Under the pieces are notes generated by a model. The model was not told the origin of the DNA and did not search any database. It was given only the letters and a program-made list of their open reading frames with translations. From positions 930,001-994,000 of the forward strand of contig NW_026250414.1 in the NCBI RefSeq assembly GCF_024521635.1: DNA of 64,000 nucleotides. Reading direction: 5' to 3'. Below are positions 27,021 to 39,315 of this stretch, in pieces. The position numbers and the translations under genes are program-made. This stretch comes from Tricharina praecox. Its lineage: Eukaryota. The stretch's first letter is position 1. Each line of letters opens with the position of its first letter.

Positions 27021-30000
27021 AACGTGCACCTCGTGGCGAATCGATTGCTTGCTTGATTGCTTGCTTGGTTGCCTGATTGATTGATATTGATATTCCTATA
27101 TGCATCGGCCGGATGCACCAGGCTCGTGGGTGCCTGGGTGGGATGTGAGATCATACGCAGTAGAGTACGTAGACACCCAACCTCGAAGTTTAACCCCACG
27201 CCACGCCACGCCGGCGCCGGACAACGTCTGCGCTGGCTGGTCGCCCGGCCAGAGTGTCCGAAGGTTTGGGAGTGGTTGGTTATGCATATGTAGAGTACGA
27301 GTACTGTGCTGTACGCTACTTTTGTCTTTTGTATAGGATTGGAGGGAGGGGGGTCATTCGCCGGTACATTCCGGCTTGGTGGGGGGTTCGCTCGTGCGTG
27401 AGTCGTGAGCGTGAGCGTGAGTCGCGAGCATGAGCGTGAGCGTGAGCGGAGCTCGACGGAACTCGACGGAATAAACAGGGTGGGGCAGAGTAGGTAATTG
27501 AGTCAGTGCCGCCGGGATGGCTTCTCCAGTCAGTCGGTCGGTTGGGAGTGGTGAATGGGAGTGGACACTTCCGACAGACAGACGGACGGACACGGACACG
27601 AAAACGCCGAAAATGCCGACGACGCCGACACAGGGACCCGTGAGTGGTCCGCGATTCGGACGGACTTTTTACAGTGCCTAACTACGGTCTACGGTACTAT
27701 GGGTTCGCTACGTACAGCTGTCGTAGAGTAGAGCAGTTAGAGTAGAGTACCGTATGTAAAGTATCGCCTCCTCCGGCCCTGCGATCTGGAATGCCATTTT
27801 AGAGTACTCGTATACTATCTATAACCACAGCAGTCGTATCCCCCGCTCCGGTGGTCGCGGCATGTGGGTGAGACGGTGGGATGATTCCCGAATCCAGGGA
27901 CTCTCGCACGTACTACCTATCCAGGTATACTACTATATACAGTATGTACCTATAGTATACGGACAGGATCCTCCACTGTCCAGGCTCCGGGAATATCTTA
28001 CTCCGTATATCCGACGTCCGCAGGGTACGGTACGTATCATGGGTTATCGTTAACTACGGCCCTACGATCATGTGATGCGCCACGATATCTAGAGTAGGTA
28101 GGTATCGAATTCCCGGCTTCAGCGTTTGGCCAGTGGCCACTGTGGCTCCCCCGCGCTTCGCCATAGCAAGTCGGTATTGCCAGTGGCCCCTAACTTCGTG
28201 TGCATACATATGGACCCCCCAGGAGACCGGTGCTTGCGATGCGATTCGTGATGCCGGGGATGGAACGAACTTCCGTGGATGTGATGCGCGCAGGACAGTG
28301 CGCGGACGGTCTCCACCGTCCGTAAGACATTAGGGGGCGTGGGGGCACGTGTTCCCCCACGTTCAGGACTCCAGGAGGACGCCCGGGAGGCTTGAGCGTC
28401 ATCGGCATCCATCATTGAGGATGGGAGAAGGGAAGCTACCTACTGGTAGTCTGGGTCTCGCGTGAGTCAACCATCTAGGTATGTACATATGATACTCTAC
28501 ATCCGAGTGTGGAGAAAGGTAGGTAGGTACGTATGCCATGTACCTACGAGGCTACCGTATGCCTATTCCAGGGTGCAAGAGACAGGATAAGCATTTACAA
28601 CGTCGGGGATAATGTCGAGCTACCAGTAGGCTGTAGCTAAGGGGAGTCCGAGCCTCCGAGCTGCAAGAATACGCGGGGTGCCGATTGATGCGGTGCAGGG
28701 CTATGATATGTATCTAGGTATGTACCTGGGTATGATATGTATCTATCATATGTATGATGTGTACCTAGGAGAGTGCGATTGCTGTACATACCGCGTAGGT
28801 ATGTAGATATGTACATAGACAGCAAGTCAATCGAGCCTTTGTCGCAGCCCCCACTCTCCTCCTGAGTTCTCCTTCTCCCCCAGGCTCCAGCCTCCTCGGT
28901 TTTTCCGAAGTGCCCCCCCAAAAAGGTGCAAGAACACGGCCCCCAATTCTCCAAAGTATGACGATCCCCCGTTCGTTCGACAAAGTGCACTGTGCACCCC
29001 CACCCGAGAGGAGGCCCCCACCGCTCCTTGCAGAAGTGTTCTTCTTCTCGAAGCTCGAACGATCCCCTCCCACTACCCAGGTTTGATACATAGTCAGACA
29101 GTGAAAGTTGCAACATACATACCGGTGAGTCGTAACCGGTATGTAGCTACGGTGGTGAACTGCCGATTGGAGCTACGGTACATACCTTCCAGGTAGTACC
29201 ATAGAATCCGGCTGGATGGAAGGAAGGAACATGGAAGGAAGAAAGGAATATTGGGCAGCTGCACTAGCAGCTGGTTAGTTAGTTACGGTTTTATGTATGT
29301 ATGGTATATATGTACAATACATGTCCAGGTTCGTCCCTGGCGATGTTGGTTCGGTCGGCGGGCTGTGTGTATGTAGAGCACGGTGTGCATAACTATCCGT
29401 GGTTTGTAATGTATGTAGGGAGTGGGAAGTGGGAAGTGGGGAGTGGGAAGTGGGGTAAAAGGGACCGCAGCCTGAGCCAGAGGTGTTACTGCTTCAGGCT
29501 GCCGCATGGCCCTCCGTCGAGGTAGGAGAGCTTTGTCGCAATTGTGCGGATACATACTCCTAGCTAGCTGATTGGCATTGCAGCACACATACTACATACT
29601 ACATACCTACTACATACCAGTACATAGTACATATCCGAAATACCGCGTTTGGGTTACAATTCCGCAACTCTTCCCCACAGCCTTGGGAGGTTATGTACCG
29701 GCCGGGGTGGGGGGGATTGGCGAGATGCAGAACCCACCTATCCATCTCCTGCGGCGCCATTCATTTCCGTAGAACCGGCAGCTATCTGTGGAGTATGTAC
29801 CGGTATGGAACTCTCGATTATTCCCGCCCTACAAAACCGACTTCCGAGCAGCTGTCTCAGACCCGTTTGCTCGACTTTCAACCGAGCGAGGGGCCGGGGT
29901 CGGGGCTGGGGAGTGCTCGAGAACTGGATATCATCGTATGTATGTAGAGTACCTAGAGTACTAGTTAGTACGGTACGGTGTGTAGGTAGGTAGGTGCCGG

Positions 30001-32360
30001 TGATCTATCAATCCGACCCCCGACCCCCGTACCCCGCCCGGCTACGATTGAGGCTGGAGATACTAGCACTAGCACTCAGCGTGCGTGCGCGTCGCAGCCC
30101 ATCGAACCCCCCACAACTCGTATCTCATGCTTCGATCGTGGATCGATGTGCAGAGTGAGAAAACGTGATCGGCTACCTGGGTATGTGCTATACCCATTTG
30201 TCCGGCAGGGGATGTCTCGTATGATATCGTACTCCCAGGGTGCTCCTCCTCCGATAGTAACTAACTAGAACATACGTACCGACTATTAGTTAGTAGGTAG
30301 TCCCCTCGCAATCTCAGCGTAAGCCTACAAGTGATTAGTACATAGTACCTACATAGGTAGTTTCTGGCACTGCGTCACTTTGCATCGATGTCTAGCAAGG
30401 ACCTCCCAGATCGGATGATAGTTACTAGTACTCCACCTAGTCTTCGAGTCGGATGCGCAGATGTAGGGTTGTAGCCATCCAATTGGGCAATTGAGCGGCG
30501 ACGAGTGGACTGCGGGGGGGATTCGATGAAGCTTTTTTTTTTCTTTCTTTTTTTCTTTGCGGATCTACATATGATGCTAGGGATGCGCGTTAACTACTTA
30601 GACCCGGGGTTTGCGTGTCTCGCTTTGAAACTCCCTTCACAGGGGGACGGACGTCGATCTGCCTGCTGCTGATGCTGCTGCTGCTGATGTGTGAGGCGAG
30701 ATCTACATATCATCTAGATATGGCTGAAACCTACATACCGTACAATTCCCACCAACCGCCGGTACCGCGCAGGACGTTCGTGTACGGTACTCTACTCTAT
30801 ATGATCCACAGGTTACATACAGCAAGTAGTTTTGTATGTACCTAGAGTACAGGTAGGTAGCTGCTGGCACCAGCACGTACCCAAATACTGCGTTCGGCAC
30901 CGCTGGAGATCCCCGCTCCCTTCCTCCCTCCCTCCCTCGCTCCCTTCCTCGCTTCACAGTTCTGGATTGCGTTGGTGATGTCTGGCGGGCTGCAGGCTAA
31001 GATTGCCGTCGGAGCAGGAGTGGACTCACCTGCAAGGCAGATTTTCCTACACAGCTGAAGCGGAGTTGATCCGAGTGGCTGGCCGCTGGCCAGGTCCCCC
31101 CCGCGCCGCCTAGTTTCTTCCAGCCAGCCAGCCAGCCAGCCAGCCCCCGTCATGTCGGAGGGGGGGATCCTCCATCCATCGAATCCCTGCCTGTCCGGCC
31201 GGGACACCAGAACGGACTGGAGGTGGAGGTGGAGGTGGCTGGCCAGTGGGTGCTGTGGGTGCTGTAGGCAGTGACCGCGTGATCAGCCATGCGGCTGCAC
31301 ATCATACTTTTCCATAGCGTGTGTAGAGTACATAGATGGTCCGAAGGGGGAGAATGCCAGCGCCAATCCATTCGCATCGGGCAATTGGCAACTCGACTCA
31401 ACTGGATTCAACTCGCAATCGCTGTGTACATATGATGTGCCCCATGTAACTATTCTCCGACTGCACGGAAGGAATAATACGGTAACTCGATGGCCTACAT
31501 GGCAATCTAGCCGGTTCCGGATTAGAAGGGAGCCTCAGGTCGGCCATCGTTTTTCGTCTGCTGGCGCCGAGTAGAGCTCATGTAGGAACTAACCAGGGCG
31601 CCGCATAATCCGGCCTTATCAGGTTTTCGATGCAAAGTTCCAAGGTCGTCGGAACTTCGAGTTGGGCCTGTGCAACCGAAGCGCCGCGGCGGCGTCTGCC
31701 CAGCCTATAGTAGAGCAGGCAACTACTAGTTCCATCGTGGCCTGATTCCGTGCGGCGTGGACAGGTCTAGGCTTCGAGAAGGTCCGCAAGAATTGGAGCT
31801 AGCTGGCGCCGGGAGTTTTATGGCAGTTGCCGAGAACTCTGCCTACAAAATCGAGGGGAGGGGGCACGTGCTTTTCGGAACTGTCCCGGGCTGACTAGCG
31901 TTGTCGACGGTGATCACTGATCACTTGCCGACGGATTTGAAGTGCGGTGCCGAAAAGTGGGTTGTATGTAGGAATGTATGTAGTGTAAGAGGCTCGGAGA
32001 ATTAGTTTCAATTCGATTCGGCGCGTTGACGGTTGGGTGGACGTTGAAGACACGGTCGCTTCGCATGCGTACAACCGCCATAGCCGCAGAGGGTATGACG
32101 TCTCAATTATAGTAAGCGGCTGGACTCACCCGAAGAGATATATGTAGGAGTTAGGATCTAGATATCCTGGTGCGGCGTGGTACGGAAACTTGAAAGTCCA
32201 GTGTTTTCACGTAAAGTTTGGAATTGTCCATACGGAGTCGTGCCTGCTTAGTGCAAATCGTGAAACGCCGGCGAAACTCCATCAGCGGTTCGCTCCCATA
32301 GGCTACCTACCTTCTCTTGCGTACTGCTTTGCTCATAAACCAACAGTCAACAAATCAAAT

Positions 32361-32479
32361 AGCTACGGTCATAGAACCATGAACACACGGCTTCCCGTCC
32401 GCTCAGCCCTAGTTAAGCATGGTATCGCCAGGTTAGTACTGCAGTGGGTGACCATGCGGGAATCCCTGGTACCGTAGTT
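32361..32479 (+). rRNA. 5S rRNA gene (dispersed copy)
   Basis: Contains the fungal 5S motifs CTTCCCGTCCGCTCAGCC, GTTAAGC, GTTAGTA..GTGGGTGACCA..GAATCCC. The terminal helix AGCTACGGT/ACCGTAGTT pairs, length is 119 nt, and a T-run terminator follows. Confidence 0.95.
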
Positions 32480-32589
32480 TTTATTTTCGCTTCCGACCAT
32501 GTGCTCTGTATGATATGCTCTCTTCCTAAAGATAGGTAGCTCCACCTAAAGACATCTGCAGAGTACACGAGTGCTCCGACCGAGTTTCG

Positions 32590-32830
32590 GTATTTTTTTG
32601 TTTAATTATCATTGCATTTGACCTTAGTTAGTAGATCATAACAGATTACATATCTATTTTCACCTGACTGTCACCGACCGCTGACCGCGAGTTCGATACC
32701 GGTTCCCTATTGCTCTCCGCCCAGCCCTCTCCGCCCGTCAATCCTCCCCGCTCAACCCCCCTGACGAACCGAGTTTCCGTAAGGCCGTGTCTTAACGCAG
32801 AGAGACGTCAACCGGCAAACCCACAACACG
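32590..32830 (-). mobile_element. Probable non-LTR retroelement 3' tail remnant
   Basis: 32596-32640 (ttttgtttaattatcattgcatttgacc..gtagatcat) resembles the termini at 33110-33156 and 63633-63689. The far boundary is a guess. Confidence 0.35.
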
Positions 32831-33109
32831 AACTGATTAGTATACCCAACGTGACGTAGTTAAAGCCCAAACACGAACTACGCATATACCTATTGGTAAG
32901 CTTGAGGGGGTCAGAGTGTGAGGCGAGTACTGATAGGAAACGGAATTATGCATTAAATCCGACGGAATTAATGAGAGGTAGGTAGAGCGGATAACCCATG
33001 GGAAGAGAAGGAGGAGTATAGAGCAAATAGCCCAGGGGCAGAAGAATGGGAGAAGTGCAGGAGCGGAGAGAAGAGAGAGCGATGCCGTACGCGCGCACTA
33101 CTAATGCAT

Positions 33110-33400
33110 TTGTTTTGTTTAATCATTGATTACATGCGACCTCGTTAGATCATGGCAATACACACTCCGTTTCCCATCTACTGCCAAACCCGACTTTCGT
33201 CAAGCGGCCTGATGCGGCTTCCCATGCTCCCTCGAGTCCCTACTTTGTCTCGCCTTCTACCTCTTCAAAAGGAGATGCCACGAAGGAGGGGGTGGGGAGA
33301 GGCAGCGGGAGTGACCCTGGTTGCACCGCTCATCTGCAAAGAGGTCTCGGATCTTAAAACGATCCTTGTGTGCTTTGTGCCTCGAAAGCATATTACATTG
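33110..33400 (-). mobile_element. 5'-truncated, degenerate LINE (non-LTR) 3' fragment
   Basis: Minus strand encodes KDRFKIRDLFADERC, matching RWSITELFADERC at ~61.5 kb. I recall this as the C-terminus of fungal LINE ORF2. It shares the 3' motif tagatcatggc..ctccgtttcc with the 61-kb copy. Confidence 0.6.
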
Positions 33401-33611
33401 CCAATGTGATGAAGACAATAAACGGCAAACGTCTATAATTCCATAGTTTTTTTTCGACGTTTCAGCCCTACGCTCTTTACAGCCATTCACAGACAGTCAC
33501 TCGCAACCTGAATGATGACTCCTTCGAGTCCATATTCATTCAACAATATCATCACAAAACTCCCATTCCTCCTTCCACATAATATACATTTTCCTCCCTT
33601 CCCACCCCCAT

Positions 33612-34427
33612 CTAACCCGAGAACACAGCGGGTCCAGGGATAGTGTAGCTCGACGGCACGGGGTAGTAGATGTTGATAGTAACACCGGGATCGCTGGACT
33701 TGTATGCGCCGGGCAACTTTACGGTAGCGGGGCTGGCCGATCCACCGCCGGTAACACTGATCTGAGCGCATCCCATGTAGAACTGCGCGCCTCCGGCCGA
33801 GCTGGCACCGTGCAGCGCGATCACCTCGGACCGCAGCAGGTAGTCGCCGCTGGGGATCGAGGACGGGATCTTAGCGCTGTAGATTCCCTTTGCTGCCACC
33901 AGCTTGTCCACAGCCCAGTACAGGCTGCCGTCGCTCTGCACGGTCATACCGTCGTGCTGGATCTTGAACCAGTTCAGAGACTCGGGGGCGGTGGCCGAAA
34001 CGACATCGGGGACCTGGGGGGTGTTAGTGGGGAGGAATTGAGGGAGAGAGGGAGAGAGAAATGTACCTTGGCCAAGTAGGTTATCACGGGACCCTTGTGG
34101 GAAGGATCGATCGCCTGCGTGTCACGCCCTCCATGGTGCCATTCCAGCTGGACGGTGGAGCCGGCAGCGACGACGAGCTTGGTGGGACGGGTGACGCCAC
34201 CGTTGACGTTGCAAGCCATGGCGGAGGAGGTAACTATTTTTCCCAAGCTGTTAGGACGTGTTACTTGTAGAGGGAGAGGCGACGGGAGCTAGCTACATAC
34301 CATCGGTGACGGGGTTGTTGTTGGGCGGAGGACGGATGACCGCAGAGTTGTCGTTGATGTACTGCAGCGTGGCGTGCGAGTGCACGGCGGTGGCGAGGGC
34401 CAGGAGAGCGGCGAGAGTGAGCTTCAT
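33612..34427 (-). CDS. Secreted AA9 (GH61) lytic polysaccharide monooxygenase, 231 aa, no CBM1
   Basis: Exons 34427-34301, 34233-34067, 34013-33612. Signal peptide MKLTLAALLALATAVHS is followed by His1 (HATLQY). Other motifs: EWHH, SHKGP, WFKI, GDYLLRSEVIALH, AQFYMGCAQ, YTIPGP. TATATAA at 34541-34547 (minus). Confidence 0.96.
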
Positions 34428-35100
34428 GGTGAACTAAGGGAGTGAATCGAAGTGGCTTGAGGGAGTGAGTGTCCGTTGGAAGCTGATGAAGCTGATGATG
34501 CTGATGAGGAGAATAAGATGGAGGGAGGTGAATATGGTCGTTATATACTCCCATTGAGATCCCTTCAGGTAGAGAGTACTCTACTCTATACTCTAATTCC
34601 ATTCCCTCCAGCACGAGACGAGGTCTATGTGCCTCTGTGTCCTATGTAAAGAGTGACGGCCCGTGAAACCGATGGATCCAGCCCAAGATCTACAAATTGT
34701 ACCTACATACCCTACATCCCCCCGCCTACATCCCAGCGCCTGTAAGCTGTATGTAAAATTCCCGGCATGCAGCCCCCTCCTCGCTCCTTCATTAGCGAAC
34801 TCGATGTGTTACATAGATATTTTTTCTTTTCCCCAGGTTCTTCTGTAACTAGAGCCCAGCCCAGGCACGCCGACAGTGACTTGTCCCGTTCTGGCGGGTA
34901 CGTCTTAATATCGCCGGTGTATATTTCGCGGGTAAATGCTAGGTACTTGGTAGGTCCTGTCATGCGCGCCCCCCGTGAGTGAGATTGGAGAAAAAAAGGA
35001 TGCATTGCAAAGAAGGAAAACCATGAACGAAGCGGCCAAGTCTCGTTATCCACCGCTTGGCTTCTACATACATACGAGACTGACAGGACTAGTTACAGCT

Positions 35101-35148
35101 AACGGCCCGGACACCGTACGTAGGCGCCCCTACGGTGTCCGGGCCGTT
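35101..35148. promoter_or_regulatory. Perfect 18-bp inverted repeat upstream of the AA9 gene; each arm contains CGG-N8-CCG
   Basis: aacggcccggacaccgta (35101-35118), a 12-nt spacer, then tacggtgtccgggccgtt (35131-35148). The repeat is certain; a regulatory role is inferred. Confidence 0.5.
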
Positions 35149-36767
35149 GGGCTGCGGTTCCCTGTACTCTACCCCCCGGGCCAGACTCCGCTAATATATC
35201 CCCGACGGAACTCGGGAGCGGAGATGACATAGCTCAGGAACCTAGGGTTCAGACAGTTTACCCGCAAAGTAACGCCGAGGCGGGTTGTAGGCTCTGATGT
35301 CCGGGGCATAAAGTATGTATGCATAAGGTTTGTGCTTCCTTGACGCCGGATTTTGTATGGTGTCGAAGGTACGGTATGTATTAAGGACGACGGAGGCCAG
35401 GTGCCCGGTTTGCGTCATTGTTTTGGTATTGCAGTACTATACTGGTTTCTGGATGCTGGGCGTTTTGACCAAAAGTTTTTTTACACAAAGTACGAGTATC
35501 TGGTGACACGCGAGGAGGAGATTGGCGAAGCCCGAAGCTCAAAGTTGAGGGTTCGGATGGTGAACCGCTGATTGCGGACCACTACTGTTGCTTGCTACAT
35601 ACTCAGGCACTCCGTCGTTAGGTTTCTGGCCTCCGGGGAGCTAGGCACTCCCCGGGCAGGTCCGTCTCCAGAATGTATTTGCTAGTCTTGGAACCTCTGC
35701 TGCGCTCCCGCGGTCCCGGTACATGGCCATAACATGGCCATGATGTACCTAGCACAACTGCAGAATTCTGTATTGTCACATCAAGAGCTCGTCTTCCAAA
35801 GCAGCCGCCCTCTGAAATGGCCACCGTACCCGCCTACAGGCTACCGGTAGATCCAGCTGAATAGATCGAAAGACAAACTATAATCCTCCTAAGAGTTTTC
35901 GTACGTATGGCCGAGGCAAGTTTCCAGGCCCCAGAATGCCAGAATCTTCTCGACGTAACGATTACTCAAAGAGATTAGTCTGGACCGATCAGATCCGATA
36001 TAGCAGGGCATGGTTCCTCCACTGCTGTCCTACATACTACAAATCTTTCGCTCCCAGCGGTCCGGCTCCGTGCCTAGAGAGCTGGCAACATGTGGAACGA
36101 AGGAGTATCGTATGCGTATGATATAAAAGGAGCCCAAGACTTTAAATAATCAGATTCCCTTCACCGCCAAGTCTAAACGAGGGACATAATAATCCACTTG
36201 ACCGTGACCACTGAAACCGAGTGAGATCATTGAAGCGTACACGGGGCCTGAGAGAAGCAAGATCGTTCAACATTTACACCATCACTGAAACAAAAGCTGT
36301 AAAACAGGGAATGAGGATGATTGTCTCTTTGAAGTCATAGGGCGCATGCTGGCCGAGTAGCTACATGCAGATGGAGAAAAGCTTGCATTCATCGCATCTA
36401 TCCACAACACATCTACTCCGGCACAATTAGTAAGCTCCCCAATGCCGTATTCTGCCCCAATGCATCCCTATAAACCACGAGCTCAGCCTTGCCTTCAAGT
36501 CTCTCACAGTCTCTCTAAGCCACAGCTCGGTCCACCCGCCAGCAAGCCAGGTTACACGCCGCCAACGCCGCTACCGCATAAACCACGGTCACGCTTGTGC
36601 CAGGTTACAAGTGGTAGCAGTGCCTACAGGCAAAACGTAAACCATGAGACTCTCTGTAGCAAAGTGGCTGCGACGGCGTAGGACATCGGGAGTATCTGGA
36701 TATCATCATTGCTCCCCTCCTCTTCCTGCCGCAAAAATGCAAAGACGGGAGTTGAGTACCTGAGTAT

Positions 36768-38454
36768 TTAGACGACGAGCGCGTCGGTACCTTTCGTTTT
36801 CCGGCTCTCAACACTCGTCTTTGCGCTTCGTGCACCAAATTGGACCGCACGTTTCGCCTCCGCGGCGGCAGTGGGCATACCGAGTTTCTTAGCGAGGAGT
36901 CGTAACACCTTCTTGCCGTTCTCGATGCCGTCATCTTCGCTCTTGCCGAAGGAACACTTTCCGGTAACGGGTGTGCGCATTGCCCACGCCACGACCTTGT
37001 CGTCGAGGAAAGGATACCGCATCTCTTTCGCCCAGTGCGCGGCTACGCGGTCGTCCCGGCCGAGGTTACGTTTCCCGAGACGGAGAAAGTCGAGATTTAG
37101 CTCGTCGAGGAGACCTTGGTAGCCGGCACGACGGAACGCGGTTGAGTGCCGGGAGTAGCCACCGAAGAGCTCGTCTGCACCGAGGCCGGAGAGGAGGATC
37201 CGCGCGGGAGTGGTGTAGTCGTCGCTTTGGCCGCGTGCGGCGAAGTAGAATGCGAGGGCGATGGAAAGGTCCATTTCGGTGTTGTGTGGATGCATCAGGT
37301 GGATCACCGTAGGGCGATGCGCGAGAAGTTCGGTGTACGGGACATTGATGGATATGAAACGCCAGAACCGAGTAGGACACGTTTTGCGGAGTTCGTGGAA
37401 GGAAGAGAGACCGGTTGTACGATCGGGGCAAAGGGCGTAGGGGTCTATTTCGACGGGATCGGTGCCATCAACTTTGGTGCCCTCCTTCTTCGCTGCTGCG
37501 TTCCGTGCTGCTACTATCCGAGGATTCTCGAAGGCAACGTTGAGGAGATCCACTGGCTCGTCTGGGGGAAGAATATCATGTGCGATCCGAGCCATAGTGG
37601 TACAATCCACACCGCCGCTGAATAAGATTGCAACCCGGACGTCGTCTTCAGGCCTGGCTTTCCTCAGGCGAGAGTGGAGATCGGTATCCGGCGGAAGTTG
37701 AATATCTCTCACACGCAACCGCAAGCTCTTGACTAACGCATCGTGGAGCGATGAAACCTCGGGAGAGTCGATGTTGAGGATAGCGGACTCATCGTCGACA
37801 GTAGGAAGGGCCATATTCATCTTTGGAACCTCATATAACTGTCCTCCGGTCAGTCAGTCCAACCCACCGCTCACACATCATGCTACGCACCATCTCCGCA
37901 TCTTTTCCTAGCGTATGCCAGATCATTTCCCCTGAAACAACATCAGACCTCCACACACCCCCCGTCTCAATCTCTTCCCAGCCGCCCTTATCATCGCCGA
38001 CACTCGCAACCATCAGCGTATCCTCCTCCCTCCGCATGACCAAACTCCTCCTCCCGGCCCAATCGCGCCCAAACCAGCATACGCCCAACGGCGCATCGTA
38101 GAAGACAAACGCAAACTCCCCCTCAAGTTCACGAAGCCCATCTATCCCGCGCGCCAAAAGCAATTCGAACACCGCCAGTGTATCGTTCTCCCCCGGTGGG
38201 AGTGGCACACCGGTTATCCGCCATGCCTCGCCGTTCCAGCAGAGTACTGATCCCGTCGTTGGATCTTCCAATGGCTGTGGAATGGGGGTGGAGCCGCGCA
38301 CCGAGAGGAGACTGGAGGTGAAACTTTGCGTCCGTCCGTTCCGGTGGACGACACGGGTGCGTATGGCGTCGGGGCCGCGGTGGGAGATCAGCGCAATGTG
38401 GTCGGCCGAGGGTGAGCGGGGGGCTGAGGAAATGGAATAGAGGATTCCGCACAT
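36768..38454 (-). CDS. ASNSD1: Asparagine synthetase domain-containing protein (ASNSD1 / yeast YML096W-like), ~544 aa
   Basis: Exons 38454-37891 and 37838-36768. Ntn-amidotransferase motifs MCGI, RGPD, WNGE, GRDWAGRRSL; synthetase-domain motifs ILFSGGVDC, DLLNVAF, GLGADELFGGYSRH, RNLGRDDR. Confidence 0.93.
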
Positions 38455-38558
38455 TGCGGAAAATTTAGGCTGTTCACGACATTCTTGGTTGTGATGTGGA
38501 GCGGAGTCGGGGGTGGTGCGAAGGTTGGACGGTGGGTAGGGTAAGCCACGGAAATGGA

Positions 38559-38625
38559 CCAGGTTGTCACCACGGAGCCGCCCAGGTTGTCACCACGGAG
38601 CCGCCCAGGTTGTCACCATGGAGCC
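38559..38625. repeat. 23-bp tandem repeat (CCAGGTTGTCACCACGGAGCCGC) x~3, ~105 bp upstream of the ASNSD1 start
   Basis: Directly visible. Confidence 0.9.
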
Positions 38626-39315
38626 ATCCTGCGACCGTTTGTTTCTCTCAGCCTACAGTGCAATTACAAATACCGAGTCGCAGCCACATGCCCGAAGTCA
38701 CGACGCTCACTTCTCTACCATACGGGGGGCCAGAGACTCAGAGGGAGCATAGCACGGGTGGTCTTGGACCCGCCGCGACTCTCCTCAAGTCCATCGGCCG
38801 TCCCAACTTTCCCAATAGATATGCAGGTATTCCAACAGTCACAACGGAGTGAGTCGGTCTACCTAACATTTTACCAACCTCCGGGTACTGGGAGCACCGA
38901 GAGCACGTGTCTTTGAACGATACGGACAGCTACCCTAACGCTTGGGGATTCAATGCGCCTAGATACAGCTCAGGGATAGGATATCAGGGACGAGGTATCA
39001 TGTAAACGGAGTAGTGGTTGTGCAAATATCACTCGAAGGCGATAGGCCTTGGGACGGATGCCTGCAACGAATGCTGAGAAGCCCCGTTTATTGTCACCAG
39101 TTCGCCAGTAAAATCAACAAAAGACACAGAGATATAGCAGAAGAAAAAAAACACCACCAGAACACCCAATCGGCAAAGAGTAGAGGTACTTTTTTGTGTT
39201 CCCATTCCCAAATTTTCCGCGTTTTATTTAGAAACAGTACAACAACAGAAGTACCCATTTCCCATCAAGCGCGGGCTGAACGAGCAAACAACGAAACCAT
39301 TAACCGTACCCCAGC

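Noticed and set aside
26759-27199. Phe-rich membrane-like ORFs
   Set aside because: Artefact of the A-rich polypurine tract.
28637-29116. 159-aa minus-strand ORF in less repetitive sequence
   Set aside because: No ATG start or recognisable motif. It could be a decayed element, but I cannot support that.
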